DNA from: Syntrophales bacterium
GTDB taxonomy: Bacteria > Desulfobacterota > Syntrophia > Syntrophales > UBA2210
Length of the DNA: 64,000 nucleotides
Assembly: GCA_963666365.2 (NCBI GenBank)
Contig: CAXXNF010000001.1
Coordinates: forward strand, 576,001-640,000
Direction: 5' to 3'
In this document: piece by piece, positions 41,977 to 53,753 of the stretch
Position numbering within the stretch: position 1 is the stretch's first letter
How the letters are laid out: each line of letters opens with the position of its first letter
Position numbers and translations under genes: made by a program
The notes under the pieces: model-generated
Told to the model about the DNA's origin: nothing
What the model saw: the letters and a program-made list of their open reading frames with translations, nothing else
The model's database searches: none

Positions 41977-43482
41977 ATGAATATCGCACAATTAGCGGTA
42001 CAGGGAATCGAAACGTACGGGGAACACGTAAGCGTCGTGTTCGAAGCAAAGGAAATCACCAATGTAGAGATGGACCTTGCAGCCCGGAAACTGGGAAACG
42101 CTCTCAGGAACCTGGAAGTGACCCGTGGCGACAGGGTCATCCTGCAGATGCCGAATTGCCCTGAGGTACTTCAGGCTTTTCAGGCCGTCTGGAAAATCGG
42201 CGCCATTGTGATCCCTATCAACTACATGGTGGGAGAAGAAGAAATCGCCTATATTTACCGGGACTCCGGTGCGAACACCGTCATCACGTCACCCCTGTAT
42301 CTGCCCAAGGTTCAGGCGGCCATGACCACGTCGCCGGGCATCAAAAACGTTATTGTCGTGGCGCCCGAAGCGCCCGAAGGCACGCTGTCCTATGGGAAAC
42401 TCATTGAAGGGAGCTCCGATGAACTGGAGATGGTTGAAACCGAAAATGACGACATAGCCGCGCTCGTCTATACTTCGGGAACAACGGGGCAGCCCAAAGG
42501 GGTCATGCACACACATTTCGGACTTTACTCAAACGCAAAGGCGCAATGCGACTCAACCCCGTTTCCCCCCGACATGATCAGTCTTGCCGTGCTGCCCCTG
42601 TGCCACTCCTACGGCATCGCCGTTATGAACGGGGCGTTTCTGCGGGGAAAGAGCAAGACCATCGTCCTGCCGTCGGTGGACCTGGAAAAAATGTTTTCAT
42701 CCATCGAAAGGTACAAGATCGAATCGGTGGCCGCCGTGCCCACGATTTATGTGTACATGCTCCTCTATCCCGACGCCGGCAACTATAACGTAAGTTCTGT
42801 GAAATACTGGACGACCGGTTCGGCGCCCCTTGCCTATGAAACCTGGAAAGAGTTCAAGGAAAAATTCGGCGGCGAGATCACCGAGGGATGGGGGTTGACG
42901 GAGGCCGCGGCAAATAACACCATCAATCCTTATGACGAAAGAAAAAAACTCGGCTCCATCGGTCTTCCCATGAAGGGCATCGAGATGAGGATTTTCGACG
43001 ATGACGACAATGAACTGCCGCCGGGGAAAGAGGGGGAAATCGTCATTCGAGGTCCCATGGTCATGAAGGGGTACTGGAACAAACCGGAGGAAACGGCGGA
43101 TGTGATCAGAAACGGGTGGCTCCATACGGGCGATGTGGGATATGTCGATGAGGAGGGTTTTTTCTTCATTACCGACCGCAAGAAGGACATCATCATCAAA
43201 GGGGGCGAGAACATATCCCCCCGGACAATCGAAGAAGTCCTCTATCAGTATCCCAAGGTGTCGGAAGCCGCCGTCATCGGCATCAAGGATCCTGTCTACG
43301 GTGAAGACATCAAGGCCTTCGTGACGCTAAAGCCGGGAGAAACCGCGACCGTGGAAGAAATTATGGAATTCTGCACCAAAAACCTCAAGAGATTCCGGGT
43401 TCCCAAAGAGCTTGTGATTATGGACGCCCTTCCCAAGAACCTGGTGGGAAAAATCCTCAAGAAAGAATTGCGGAAGCTGTAA
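41977..43482 (+). CDS. long-chain acyl-CoA synthetase (AMP-binding)
   Basis: YTSGTTG.PKG, WGLTE, LHTGD, DRKKD, GKILK. Confidence 0.92.
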   Translation: MNIAQLAVQGIETYGEHVSVVFEAKEITNVEMDLAARKLGNALRNLEVTRGDRVILQMPNCPEVLQAFQAVWKIGAIVIPINYMVGEEEIAYIYRDSGANTVITSPLYLPKVQAAMTTSPGIKNVIVVAPEAPEGTLSYGKLIEGSSDELEMVETENDDIAALVYTSGTTGQPKGVMHTHFGLYSNAKAQCDSTPFPPDMISLAVLPLCHSYGIAVMNGAFLRGKSKTIVLPSVDLEKMFSSIERYKIESVAAVPTIYVYMLLYPDAGNYNVSSVKYWTTGSAPLAYETWKEFKEKFGGEITEGWGLTEAAANNTINPYDERKKLGSIGLPMKGIEMRIFDDDDNELPPGKEGEIVIRGPMVMKGYWNKPEETADVIRNGWLHTGDVGYVDEEGFFFITDRKKDIIIKGGENISPRTIEEVLYQYPKVSEAAVIGIKDPVYGEDIKAFVTLKPGETATVEEIMEFCTKNLKRFRVPKELVIMDALPKNLVGKILKKELRKL

Positions 43483-43508
43483 AAAAATCTGCACACTTTC
43501 AACCAAGC

Positions 43509-43538
43509 GCCCGTTCCTGCTCCTTTCAGGGAACGGGC
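43509..43538. terminator. hairpin between convergent genes
   Basis: GCCCGTTCCTG...CAGGGAACGGGC. Confidence 0.6.
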
Positions 43539-43578
43539 CTGTGTTCCACAGACGGCGCAATCGGTAAAAAATATTATT

Positions 43579-45564
43579 CTATTCTATTTTCTTTTCCTCT
43601 TTTATTTCAAGTATGTTCATCGCCTTGTCAATTGCAATGTGACTTCCAAAAAGAACCAGTTGATCGGCCGCCTGTAACACAAAATCGCTGGGTGGATTGG
43701 TAATTGTCTGATTGTCGCGTATAATGTTTATAATCAGTGCTCCCGATCGGGCCTTGAGGTCTATGTCCCTGATGCTCTTGCCTATATTCATATTATTGCT
43801 GCCGACAAACCATGTTTCGATCGTTCCCTGCGCGAGAATCTGGTTGATCTGATCAAAGGCTTCCGGTGTAAACCGGACATCGCGGAACACACCGTATGAT
43901 CTGTTTCGGATGATATTGCCCTCGGCGAGAATGATGCTGTTGGGAATGTGAAACAACCGGAGAACGCGGCTGAAAATCTGAATAGAGGTTTCAAATTCCT
44001 CGGGAATCACATCGTTCGCTCCCAGTGCCAGCAGACCTTCAATATCTTCGACGTATCGTGTCCGGACAATGACATGCAGCCCCGGGTTGACGGCCTTGGC
44101 ACGGGCCAGGCAGATTTTTGTCACATAGCGATCTGAAATGGCGATTACCATTACACGAGCGGCTTTCACATTTGCCCGTTGGATAATTTCCATACTGGAC
44201 GCGTCACCCCATATCCTATGTGCATCCCCTCTGCGCTTTGATTTCTTTATTTTCCAGTAATTGAGATCAATAACCACATAATCAATGGCGGTATTTTTGA
44301 GAACCTTGACCAGATTGCGGCCATTGAGCCCCATACCGCATATAATCACATGGTTGAAAACATTTTCACATGAATCCCCGTTACCTTCCCGCAGGGAGAC
44401 ATGGTCGCTTCTTCTCGTCAGTACGTAACACACCAGAGAAATGAGCAGCGGAGTGGCAATAAATGTAAGAACGGCAGCAGCGATAAATGTTTGATAGAGG
44501 TAGCTGGAAATGAGGCTATGTGTAAACCCTTGAGACGCCAGTACAAATGAAAATTCACCTATCTGCGACAGCAGAACGCCCGAGAGTACTGCTACGCGCA
44601 GAGACTGCCCCAAGGCTTTGACCAGGCCGAAGACAATGACGGCCTTAACGACAATAATCATGGCCGAGGTGAAAAGGATGTAGCCGGTGTGTGCCAGCAA
44701 GAAATCAACATTGAGAATCATGCCGAAGGATACAAAAAACACCGACAACGATACATCCCTGAAAGGATTCACATCACTGATAATCTGATAGGTAAAATCG
44801 GTGTCGGACAAAGCCAGCCCGGCCAGAAAGGCGCCGATGGCCAGTGACAACCCCATAGATTCCGTAATCCAGGCAATCCCCATCGTAATGACCACGGAAG
44901 CAATCACCTGCATTTCGCGCATATTCATGCCGACCAGGCGTTCCATCACAAAAGGAATGACATAGCGGCCCGCTGCCATAATAACGGCAACAATCAGAAT
45001 TGATTTTACCAGTTTCCATAAAATCATCATTGCGTCGGCACTGATGTCGCCGGCAAGAAAAGGAATGAACAACATCATCGGCACCACCATCAGGTCCTGA
45101 AACAGAATGACGCCAACGGAAAATCTGCCCTGCAGTGAATCTTCATCCCCCCGGTCTTTCAGCATCTTCAGGATCAGGGCGGAAGAGCTATGGACCAGAA
45201 TGAATCCGATAAAAACAGACTGCCCGATATTCAGCTGCAGTGCACACCCGATTCCCGCGCCAATAAGAAATGTGCACAGGACCTGCAATCCGCCCGTCAG
45301 AAAAATATTGGACAAATTTTTTATAAAACGGGAAAGCTGGATGTCGATGCCGATAGTGAAAAGCAGAAAGGCCACACCCAGTTCTGCAAGAAAATGAATC
45401 CCCGCCATATCGTCAATCAGCTTCAGCCCGAACGGCCCGATAATAATGCCGGTTATGAGAAACCCAATGATGGAGGGCAGTTTGATTTTATTGAAGAGAT
45501 AAATAACCGGTATGGAAAACCCAAATATGATTACCAACTGTTGGATGAATTTAAGTCCTTCCAC
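43579..45564 (-). CDS. CPA2/Kef-type K+/H+ antiporter with TrkA-N and TrkA-C domains
   Basis: Hydrophobic N-terminal half (LFQDL, GAFLAG, QIGEFSFVL), G.G..G RCK domain, TrkA-C. Confidence 0.9.
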   Translation of the reverse strand: MEGLKFIQQLVIIFGFSIPVIYLFNKIKLPSIIGFLITGIIIGPFGLKLIDDMAGIHFLAELGVAFLLFTIGIDIQLSRFIKNLSNIFLTGGLQVLCTFLIGAGIGCALQLNIGQSVFIGFILVHSSSALILKMLKDRGDEDSLQGRFSVGVILFQDLMVVPMMLFIPFLAGDISADAMMILWKLVKSILIVAVIMAAGRYVIPFVMERLVGMNMREMQVIASVVITMGIAWITESMGLSLAIGAFLAGLALSDTDFTYQIISDVNPFRDVSLSVFFVSFGMILNVDFLLAHTGYILFTSAMIIVVKAVIVFGLVKALGQSLRVAVLSGVLLSQIGEFSFVLASQGFTHSLISSYLYQTFIAAAVLTFIATPLLISLVCYVLTRRSDHVSLREGNGDSCENVFNHVIICGMGLNGRNLVKVLKNTAIDYVVIDLNYWKIKKSKRRGDAHRIWGDASSMEIIQRANVKAARVMVIAISDRYVTKICLARAKAVNPGLHVIVRTRYVEDIEGLLALGANDVIPEEFETSIQIFSRVLRLFHIPNSIILAEGNIIRNRSYGVFRDVRFTPEAFDQINQILAQGTIETWFVGSNNMNIGKSIRDIDLKARSGALIINIIRDNQTITNPPSDFVLQAADQLVLFGSHIAIDKAMNILEIKEEKKIE

Positions 45565-45715
45565 CGATATCCCCGATATATAAAGGGCGCCATCTGTCGC
45601 CCATCTCTTGGAAACAGTTCTTCATATACTGGTTGCGTGAACAAAATGCAAAATATTTGGTGAACTGGAAGAACAGTCATTTCATACCGAAGCTGCCCGG
45701 GGAAACCCGGCGTTG

Positions 45716-48700
45716 CTACCTGTGAAAACAGATCACCTTCCGGTGCACTACATCGGCCATAATTTTTAAGTCAGCGCCGGCTACATCATATACGCCGATC
45801 ACATCTCTGTAGGCAGCGTAATCAGGCGCCAGTTCTTCCAGCTTGTTGGCAAAACCGGAAAGCCAATTGACATTGAAGCGAACTCCCTTATTGCCGGGGA
45901 AAACAGCAAGATAAAATATGCCTGTTTCCACCAGATCCTGGAAAAAATGCGTGCCGTAAGAAAGCTCGGGCATCAGGTTACCCATTGCATAGGCGATTTC
46001 TCCCAATACGCTTATGTTATTGATATCCGAAAACCGCACGGGCACTCCCAGCGAAGGAGTGGTCGACCCCCATCGTCCCGGTCCCAGAAGCATGACGGGA
46101 AGTTCACTCCTATCGGAGATCCGTCGGTTAAGACGGCCGATACAACGGGCGATATCGTGTTTCTGCGACAGTGAAAGTTCAGTATACTCCTTCGGATTGA
46201 CGTAGACAATTCTAAGGATCCGTTCTGAAATACTGCCGCCGAAGAAATTCCCTTCAAACTCGAAAAATATCCTGTCCATGGCCATTTTGCCGGGCAATTC
46301 CACCCTCTTCTCCTGCCCGATTGTCTGCAGGGGACGACACTGGAGAAGGTTAATCTTGAACTCATCCTTTCCGGAAAAATTTACCGTAAATTCCGTATCG
46401 ACGGGATATTGATAAATGGTCTCCAGTTTTTTCATCATGTTCTGCATGGTTCGGGCATAGGAAGAACGGGACAGTAATTCATCGAAGGTGATGATCCATG
46501 CCTCCTGATCTTTGATGCCCTGTTCCCGAATTCTCTCGTTTATCTCATGATCTCGCACGGCGATGAGGTCCAGATTTATCTCAAGCTGCTGCCCCATGAG
46601 ATTGAGCACGGAGATTGTCTCCAGCTCGCTTTTTTCCAGATTGAGCACATCCACTTCCCTTTGCGAAAATCGGCGCGTGTCTTCCATGCCGGCATGAGGC
46701 TTCTGTAATGGCGCATCGAGCGCTACAATGCGGGGATAATCTCCCTCGACACGATTGACGGCGCGGGTCCCCAGCCCCAACACGAGCCTGAGCATGCCCG
46801 CCTCGGGAATCATGTCCTTTTTCCAGGTAAAAATATTGTAGGACATGCCCACACCCGCCATATCAGGGAAGAAGTAGTGTTTGTGATGAGAACCGGAAAC
46901 CCGTTGCACCAGAAGGGCCATCTGTTCATCAATCTCGGAGAGCCCCCGCTGCAGGCGGTAGGTCAACGCATCTACATTCATGGTGCTGGCGTAAATGGCG
47001 CGCACCGCCTCTTCGAAGGTGTGGTACCGCTCTTCCGGCGATCCCTGGTTCGGCAGGAATATGCTGTCGTATTTTCCAGCAAAGGCATTGCCGAAATTGT
47101 CTTCCAGAAGACTGCTCGATCTGACGATTATGGGAGATTGGCCGAAATATTCAAGCATCCTCATAAACTGATCCTTGATTTCGTCAGGGAATATTCCTGT
47201 TTTCATCTTTTCTCTCAGTACCTGCGCTTTTTCGAAGTAGCCCCCCTTCGTCTTCTGATCCATGCGAAGGCGCCACCAGCCATTTTGCACCAGGTAGGTG
47301 TAGAATACGTCGGACCCGACATAGAACGAATCGTGGGCTTCGAGTTGACTGCGCCAGTCGAAGAGTTCGTCCTTTTCAAGGATTCTTCGAGCCATCAGCA
47401 TACCGACCGATTTACCCCCCACATAGCCGGTTCCGATCAGGCGCTCGCGAATTCTCAGCAGGTCCTCAAGAGAAAAATTCTCTTTTACCAGCATGGCCAT
47501 CCGCGGATCCCTGGTGATCATAATCTTGCAGATCCTGTCGATCATTTCCTCTTTCCGCACAGTTTCCCAGGGCTTTTCAAGAAGCTCCTCCGCATCGATA
47601 AAGAGGCGGTCCCAATAGTCAAGGCTCAATTCGCCTTTTTCGGTTCTTCGAAGGGAAAGTTCCGAAAAGAGTTTCGCTGCATCTACACTGTTGATGATCG
47701 GCACAAACCCCTCGTGTTCCTTCACATGGGGAAGGAACATGGTCGGCGAGTACCGCTGCCACACCTTCAGTGGATGCACATAGAGTTTGTTTCTGGCAGT
47801 GAATACATCGAGCAGGAGCTGTGTCGTTTCACGAATTCTGGCCACAGTTTGAAAGGCATGACTCTCACGGATCAGGGCAAAGTAGGCAATGGTGTTCAGC
47901 TCGAAAAGGTAGGGACAGGTGATGACAAAAAAATTACCGATCATCAAGTCGGTAGCCCATTCCGAAAGAAGATTCGACAGACAATCGAACACATAATAGA
48001 CACCGTCCCCCTCTTTGGTGACGATGTTGTATACTTCGGTGGAAAAAGATTCAAAACCGTTTCGAGGGTCGACACGGTACAGGATTACTCTCTCATCGTC
48101 CACCATTGGTTCGTGGTCCGCAAACCGGATATAGACGACCCTTTTATCATCCTTGAGCGCCGATTGCACAAAAAGGCCGGCGAAGTACCTGTAGTCCGCA
48201 AGATCATCAACCTGCCAGACCACATTGTCGCCAAGTCTGAGGCTGTCGATTACACCGTCGAAGGAGGCAATGCCCGTCGATACGGGCTGGGCGCTCTTGT
48301 TTCGCTCACGCTGCAGGCGCTGCCGCTCTTTCAAAGAAAACTCCTTCTCATCCTCTTCCTGCTGGCACGCACGCACGACCTGGGATATCATGGACGCAAT
48401 GATGGAGAGAAACCGCAGATCTTCCTGAAGCATCGACTCTTCGGCATTCTCCCTGTCGGCACTCAGCGTTCCCACCACTTCGTTCTGTACCTTGACGGGC
48501 ACACAGATGAAGGCAATATCTCTCGCGCCGAGATTCTTCCGCACACCGGTGCGGTCGAGAAACCTCGGGTCCTCCTCAACACGAGGCACTACCATCGCCT
48601 CACCCGTCTCAACCACCATTCCGATAATTCCTTCGCCCCTGCTGTATCGACCACGCTTCTTTTGAACTTCAGAAAGACCATGGGCCGCCACAATGGAAGT

Positions 48701-48895
48701 TTCGCCGGACCTGCGGTTTACCAGTGTCAGAATACCCCGTTTCATCCCCATAGTGTGCATGGTCCGCAAAATGGGATTGCCTATCTTATCTAACTCCCCG
48801 CTTCTTCCCAGCTTACGACTTATCTCCCACAGCAGCGACAGTTCCTGTGCATCCCTCTTCGACGGGAACTGTCCGTCCATATCGTCAGTCTTCAT
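45716..48895 (-). CDS. GAF domain + PEP/pyruvate-binding (PPDK_N ATP-grasp) protein
   Basis: NifA-like GAF; GGKSVG, VRSSSLLED..AFAGKY, MALLVQ, GLGTRAV, LQCRP; C-terminal GPGRWGS...SYGTHFF. Confidence 0.85.
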   Translation of the reverse strand: MKTDDMDGQFPSKRDAQELSLLWEISRKLGRSGELDKIGNPILRTMHTMGMKRGILTLVNRRSGETSIVAAHGLSEVQKKRGRYSRGEGIIGMVVETGEAMVVPRVEEDPRFLDRTGVRKNLGARDIAFICVPVKVQNEVVGTLSADRENAEESMLQEDLRFLSIIASMISQVVRACQQEEDEKEFSLKERQRLQRERNKSAQPVSTGIASFDGVIDSLRLGDNVVWQVDDLADYRYFAGLFVQSALKDDKRVVYIRFADHEPMVDDERVILYRVDPRNGFESFSTEVYNIVTKEGDGVYYVFDCLSNLLSEWATDLMIGNFFVITCPYLFELNTIAYFALIRESHAFQTVARIRETTQLLLDVFTARNKLYVHPLKVWQRYSPTMFLPHVKEHEGFVPIINSVDAAKLFSELSLRRTEKGELSLDYWDRLFIDAEELLEKPWETVRKEEMIDRICKIMITRDPRMAMLVKENFSLEDLLRIRERLIGTGYVGGKSVGMLMARRILEKDELFDWRSQLEAHDSFYVGSDVFYTYLVQNGWWRLRMDQKTKGGYFEKAQVLREKMKTGIFPDEIKDQFMRMLEYFGQSPIIVRSSSLLEDNFGNAFAGKYDSIFLPNQGSPEERYHTFEEAVRAIYASTMNVDALTYRLQRGLSEIDEQMALLVQRVSGSHHKHYFFPDMAGVGMSYNIFTWKKDMIPEAGMLRLVLGLGTRAVNRVEGDYPRIVALDAPLQKPHAGMEDTRRFSQREVDVLNLEKSELETISVLNLMGQQLEINLDLIAVRDHEINERIREQGIKDQEAWIITFDELLSRSSYARTMQNMMKKLETIYQYPVDTEFTVNFSGKDEFKINLLQCRPLQTIGQEKRVELPGKMAMDRIFFEFEGNFFGGSISERILRIVYVNPKEYTELSLSQKHDIARCIGRLNRRISDRSELPVMLLGPGRWGSTTPSLGVPVRFSDINNISVLGEIAYAMGNLMPELSYGTHFFQDLVETGIFYLAVFPGNKGVRFNVNWLSGFANKLEELAPDYAAYRDVIGVYDVAGADLKIMADVVHRKVICFHR

Positions 48896-48909
48896 GAAAC
48901 GAATCTCCT

Positions 48910-51900
48910 TTATTCCTTCTTATATATTTCCTGCAGCGATTGTACAGATAATGATCCCTTCCTCAACACGCCGATCGCGTTCACCATTGCTCCGGCGGCC
49001 GAAACAGTGGTTACGATTGGAATGGCATGATCGATGGCACTGCCTCTGATCCGTATCTCGTCTCTACGGGGTTTGGGACCGCTCGGCGTATTTATCACAA
49101 GCGCCACGGTTCTGTTTTTAATGTAATCAAGAATATTGGGCCGTCCTTCGTCGAGCTTCGGAAGCTTCGTTACCGCTATGGCGTGATCCCTGAACAGTTC
49201 CGCCGTACCCGGGGTGGCCAGGATCTCAAATCCCATATCGGCAAACTGCCTGCCTATGGGCAGAATGGCATGCTTGTCATAATCCTTGACACTGATAAAC
49301 ACACTGCCCTTGAGGGGAACATCCTGTCCTGCAGCAATTTGGCTCTTTCCGAAGGCTACCCCCAAATCGGGATCATGCCCCATCACCTCTCCCGTCGATT
49401 TCATTTCCGGACCCAGGAGGGTGTCGGCACCTGCAAATCGGCTGAAAGGAAGGACCGACTCCTTGACGGCAAAATAGCGCGGCATCGGATCGTCCTTAAT
49501 TCCCTGCTCCTTCAGCGATATGCCCGCCATCACTTTGGTGGCGACCTTTGCCAGGGGAACCCCTGTTGCCTTTGATACGAACGGCACTGTTCTCGACCCG
49601 CGCGGATTGACCTCCAGTACGTAGATTTCGTCATCCTTCACGGCGTACTGTACATTGAGAAGTCCCTGAACCCCCAGCTCAAGGGCCATGCGCCGCGTTT
49701 GATCCTTGATTGATGCGATCAGCTCCCCGCTCAGGGAGTAGGCAGGAAGCACCATGGCGCTGTCTCCCGAGTGAATGCCCGCGTGCTCTATATGCTCCAT
49801 GACGCCCCCCACGATCACATGGCAGCCGTCGCCCACGGCATCCACGTCTATCTCTATGGCGTCTTCCAGAAATTTGTCGATGAGGATCGGGTGATCGGGC
49901 GATGCCTTGAAGGCCTCCCGTACAAAACCTTCCAGATCGGCCCGGCTCCAGACGGTGACCATGGCCCGTCCTCCCAGCACATAGGAGGGACGGATAAGGA
50001 CGGGATACCCGATTCGTTCGACAATGGATTCCACTTCCTCGAAAGTGCGAGCCGTGCCGCTTTCGGGCTGCCGAATATTGAGTGTGTCCACAAGCTCCTT
50101 GAAGAGCTGCCGATCCTCGGCCCGGTCGATCGCCTGCGGAGACGTCCCCAGTATCCGCACTCCCCGCACCGCAAGCGGCACGGCGAGATTCAGCGGCGTC
50201 TGGCCGCCAAGCTGCACGATGACCCCTTCCGGCTTTTCTTTTTCGATAATATTCAGCACATCTTCCAGCGTAAGGGGCTCGAAGTAGAGCCGATCAGATA
50301 TGTCGTAATCGGTGGACACGGTTTCGGGATTGGAGTTCACCATAATCGTCTCGTATCCCAGTTCCCGCAATACCATGGAGGCATGGACACAGCAGTAATC
50401 GAACTCTATCCCCTGGCCGATTCTGTTGGGACCGCCCCCGATAATCATGATCTTCTTTTTCTCCCCTCCGCGACTTTCATCCTCCTCGGCATAAGTGGAA
50501 TAGAAGTAAGGGGTGTAGGCCTCGAATTCGGCAGCGCAGGTATCGACAAGTTTGTAGACGGGCACAATCCCCGCCTCTTTTCTCCGCCGTCTCACTTCAT
50601 CCTCCGAGGACCCGATAACTGCGCCGATCTGGCGGTCGGAAAACCCGCACTCCTTTACCCGTCTCATCAGGTCCCGGGGCACACTCTCCAGGTCCCCGCA
50701 TGCGGCCAGCTCCTGTTCCGTTTCAATAATTTCCTGAATGTTGTCCAGAAACCAGGGGTCGATCCCCGTAAGCTCGGCGACTCGCTCCAGGGGCATTCCC
50801 TTTTCGAGGGCGTGACGGACATAGAAAAGTCTCTGCGGCGTGGGACGGGAAAGCAGGGCCACACCATAACTTTCAAAATCAATGGCATCGTCGGGTAGCT
50901 TTTCGAGACCGCCAAGACCGATCTCCAGTCCGCGGAGCCCCTTCTGCAGGGCCTCCTTGAATGTTCTCCCGATGGCCATGGTCTCGCCCACCGATTTCAT
51001 CGATATGGTAAGGGTATCGTCGGCGCCGGGAAACTTTTCAAAGGCGAAACGGGGTATCTTGACCACACAGTAGTCAATGGCCGGCTCAAAGGAAGCGGGC
51101 GTCTTTTTTGTAATATCGTTTGGAATCTCGTCGAGGCTGTATCCCACCGCCAGCTTAGCGGCTATTTTCGCGATGGGAAAGCCCGTGGCCTTCGATGCCA
51201 GCGCCGACGATCGCGAGACCCGGGGATTCATCTCGATCACTGCGATGCGGCCGTTTTCGGGGTGAACAGCGAACTGAATATTCGATCCCCCCGTGGCCAC
51301 GCCTATCTTTCGGATTACGGCGGCGGAGGCGTTCCGAAGCTGCTGATATTCCCTGTCCGTCAGAGTCTGGGCCGGAGCCACCGTAATTGAATCTCCCGTG
51401 TGGACCCCCATGGGATCAAGGTTCTCGATGGAGCATATAATCACGACATTATCCTGCTGATCCCGCATTACCTCGAGTTCGTATTCTTTCCAGCCAAGGA
51501 CGGATTCCTCAATGAGGATCTCGCCGATCATGCTCTGCTCGATCCCCCGATTGGCGAATTCCTCAAACTCCTCGGCATTGTAGGCCAGCGCGCCACCGGT
51601 CCCCCCCAGGGTATAGCTCGGTCTGATGACAAGAGGAAACCCGATGTCATGGGCAATGGCCCGCGCTTCGTCCATGCTATGGGCGACTTCGCTCAGCGGC
51701 GTCGCAAGACCGATTTCGGCCATGGCGGCCTTGAAGGAATCACGATTCTCGGCGCGTTCGATCGCCGCGATGTCGGCGCCGATCATCTCGACGCCGTACC
51801 GGGCAAATACGCCTCTTTCGGCCGCCTTGACGGCCGTATTGAGCGCTGTCTGTCCTCCCAGGGTGGCGAGCACGGCATGAGGCCGCTCTTTTTCGATAAT

Positions 51901-52128
51901 CTTTTCAAGAACCTCCGTCGTGATCGGTTCGATATAGGTATGGTGCGCCATGTCGGGATCAGTCATTATAGTGGCGGGATTCGAATTCAGCAGCACTACC
52001 TCATAGCCTTCTTCGATCAGTGCCTTACAGGCCTGTGTTCCGGAATAGTCGAACTCGCAGGCCTGGCCGATGACAATGGGACCCGATCCTATTATCAATA
52101 TTTTTTTTATATCCTCGCGTTTCGGCAT
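48910..52128 (-). CDS. carB: carbamoyl-phosphate synthase large subunit
   Basis: [17 protein letters not shown], duplicated ATP-grasp halves, MGS domain. Confidence 0.98.
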   Translation of the reverse strand: MPKREDIKKILIIGSGPIVIGQACEFDYSGTQACKALIEEGYEVVLLNSNPATIMTDPDMAHHTYIEPITTEVLEKIIEKERPHAVLATLGGQTALNTAVKAAERGVFARYGVEMIGADIAAIERAENRDSFKAAMAEIGLATPLSEVAHSMDEARAIAHDIGFPLVIRPSYTLGGTGGALAYNAEEFEEFANRGIEQSMIGEILIEESVLGWKEYELEVMRDQQDNVVIICSIENLDPMGVHTGDSITVAPAQTLTDREYQQLRNASAAVIRKIGVATGGSNIQFAVHPENGRIAVIEMNPRVSRSSALASKATGFPIAKIAAKLAVGYSLDEIPNDITKKTPASFEPAIDYCVVKIPRFAFEKFPGADDTLTISMKSVGETMAIGRTFKEALQKGLRGLEIGLGGLEKLPDDAIDFESYGVALLSRPTPQRLFYVRHALEKGMPLERVAELTGIDPWFLDNIQEIIETEQELAACGDLESVPRDLMRRVKECGFSDRQIGAVIGSSEDEVRRRRKEAGIVPVYKLVDTCAAEFEAYTPYFYSTYAEEDESRGGEKKKIMIIGGGPNRIGQGIEFDYCCVHASMVLRELGYETIMVNSNPETVSTDYDISDRLYFEPLTLEDVLNIIEKEKPEGVIVQLGGQTPLNLAVPLAVRGVRILGTSPQAIDRAEDRQLFKELVDTLNIRQPESGTARTFEEVESIVERIGYPVLIRPSYVLGGRAMVTVWSRADLEGFVREAFKASPDHPILIDKFLEDAIEIDVDAVGDGCHVIVGGVMEHIEHAGIHSGDSAMVLPAYSLSGELIASIKDQTRRMALELGVQGLLNVQYAVKDDEIYVLEVNPRGSRTVPFVSKATGVPLAKVATKVMAGISLKEQGIKDDPMPRYFAVKESVLPFSRFAGADTLLGPEMKSTGEVMGHDPDLGVAFGKSQIAAGQDVPLKGSVFISVKDYDKHAILPIGRQFADMGFEILATPGTAELFRDHAIAVTKLPKLDEGRPNILDYIKNRTVALVINTPSGPKPRRDEIRIRGSAIDHAIPIVTTVSAAGAMVNAIGVLRKGSLSVQSLQEIYKKE

Positions 52129-52138
52129 AGATCCGTTC

Positions 52139-53677
52139 CTATTCCCACTCGATAGTACCCGGCGGTTTCGAGCTGATGTCGTAGACGACCCGGTTGACTC
52201 CCTTCACTTCATTGATGATCCGTGATGATATCCTGCTTAAAAGATCGGAAGGCAGTCTCGCCCAATCCGCCGTCATACCGTCCATGCTGGTCACTATCCT
52301 CAGGGCGATTACGCGTGCATACGTCCTTTCATCACCCATGACCCCCACGCTCTTCACCGGCAGAAGCACCGCAAATGACTGCCATATCTCATCATAGTTC
52401 TCGTACCGGGACATTTCGTCCTGCACGATCAGGTCCGCCGCCTGCAGGATGGCGAGGTTGTCCCAATTCACCTCGCCTACAATGCGCACCGCCAGTCCCG
52501 GCCCCGGAAAGGGCTGCCTCTTCAGCAGCCGGTCGGGCAGGCCCAGTTCTGTTCCCACTCTCCGTACCTCGTCTTTGAAGAGTTCCCGCAGCGGTTCGAG
52601 CAGTTCAAACCCCAGTTCTGCCGGGAGCCCCCCCACGTTATGGTGGCTCTTGATCAGGACGGAAGGTCCACCGTGGGCCGATTGACTTTCAATGACATCG
52701 GGATAGAGCGTTCCCTGGGCCAGAAACCGCGCATCCTTCATCCCGCGGGTCTGTTCTCTGAACACCCTGATGAAGGTTTCACCGATGATCTTTCTCTTGC
52801 GTTCGGGGTCGAGAACTCCGGCAAGCGCATCTACAAATTCACTCGCCGCATCCACTACGGTAATATTCATCGGATAATCCCGCGTAAAAATCGAACGGAT
52901 TTCCTCAACTTCATGTGCACGAAGAAGGCCGTTGTTTACAAAAAAGGACTTCGACTGTTCTCCGACGGCCCGATTGAGAAGGGCCGCCACTACCGCGGAA
53001 TCAACACCGCCGGAAAGAGCGCAGACCACTTCCGATTTTCCGACCGAATCTCGTATGCGGGCCACCGATTCTTCGATGAATGTGCCCATGGTCCACCCGC
53101 CGCGCAACCCGGCCACAGCGTAGAGAAAATTCTTCAACACCGCCGATCCCCGCGGCGTATGGACGACCTCGGGATGGAACTGGACACCGTAGCGCTTTCT
53201 CTTCTCATCGCCCATTGCCGCTACCGCACAGGCAGGCGTGGATGCAAGAATACGGAACCCTTCCGGCGGAATCACCACATGATCGCCATGGCTCATCCAG
53301 ACATCAAGACTTCCTCCCATTCCGGCAAAGAGCTCCGCATCATTTTTCACGTTTATCCTGGCAGGGCCGTACTCTCCGCTTTTTCCCCTTTCAACCTGCC
53401 CCCCCAACAGCAACCCCAGCAGCTGCATTCCGTAACAGATGCCGAATATGGGAATGGGGAGGTGCAATATGTCCGGATCGATATCGGGATGAACCGCATC
53501 AAGGACTGATGCCGGCCCCCCCGAGAACACCAGTGCCGACGGATTCATGGCCGTCAATTCATTTTTCGAAATTGTATGTCTCACGATCTCGCAATAGACG
53601 CCCAGCTCTCGAATCCGTCTCGCGATAAGCTGTGCGTATTGTGAACCGAAATCGAATACCGCTGCCATTTCCTTCAT
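52139..53677 (-). CDS. guaA: GMP synthase (glutamine-hydrolysing)
   Basis: [39 protein letters not shown]. Confidence 0.97.
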   Translation of the reverse strand: MKEMAAVFDFGSQYAQLIARRIRELGVYCEIVRHTISKNELTAMNPSALVFSGGPASVLDAVHPDIDPDILHLPIPIFGICYGMQLLGLLLGGQVERGKSGEYGPARINVKNDAELFAGMGGSLDVWMSHGDHVVIPPEGFRILASTPACAVAAMGDEKRKRYGVQFHPEVVHTPRGSAVLKNFLYAVAGLRGGWTMGTFIEESVARIRDSVGKSEVVCALSGGVDSAVVAALLNRAVGEQSKSFFVNNGLLRAHEVEEIRSIFTRDYPMNITVVDAASEFVDALAGVLDPERKRKIIGETFIRVFREQTRGMKDARFLAQGTLYPDVIESQSAHGGPSVLIKSHHNVGGLPAELGFELLEPLRELFKDEVRRVGTELGLPDRLLKRQPFPGPGLAVRIVGEVNWDNLAILQAADLIVQDEMSRYENYDEIWQSFAVLLPVKSVGVMGDERTYARVIALRIVTSMDGMTADWARLPSDLLSRISSRIINEVKGVNRVVYDISSKPPGTIEWE

Positions 53678-53753
53678 TATCTTCACTCCTGGATACGTGC
53701 CTGTTCCCGTTTCGTTGCCACCGCCCGCGGAATATTGCGTTTCCGCAAAGTCA

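Noticed and set aside
46877..48793. 638-aa plus-strand ORF
   Set aside because: Antisense shadow of the GAF-PPDK_N gene.
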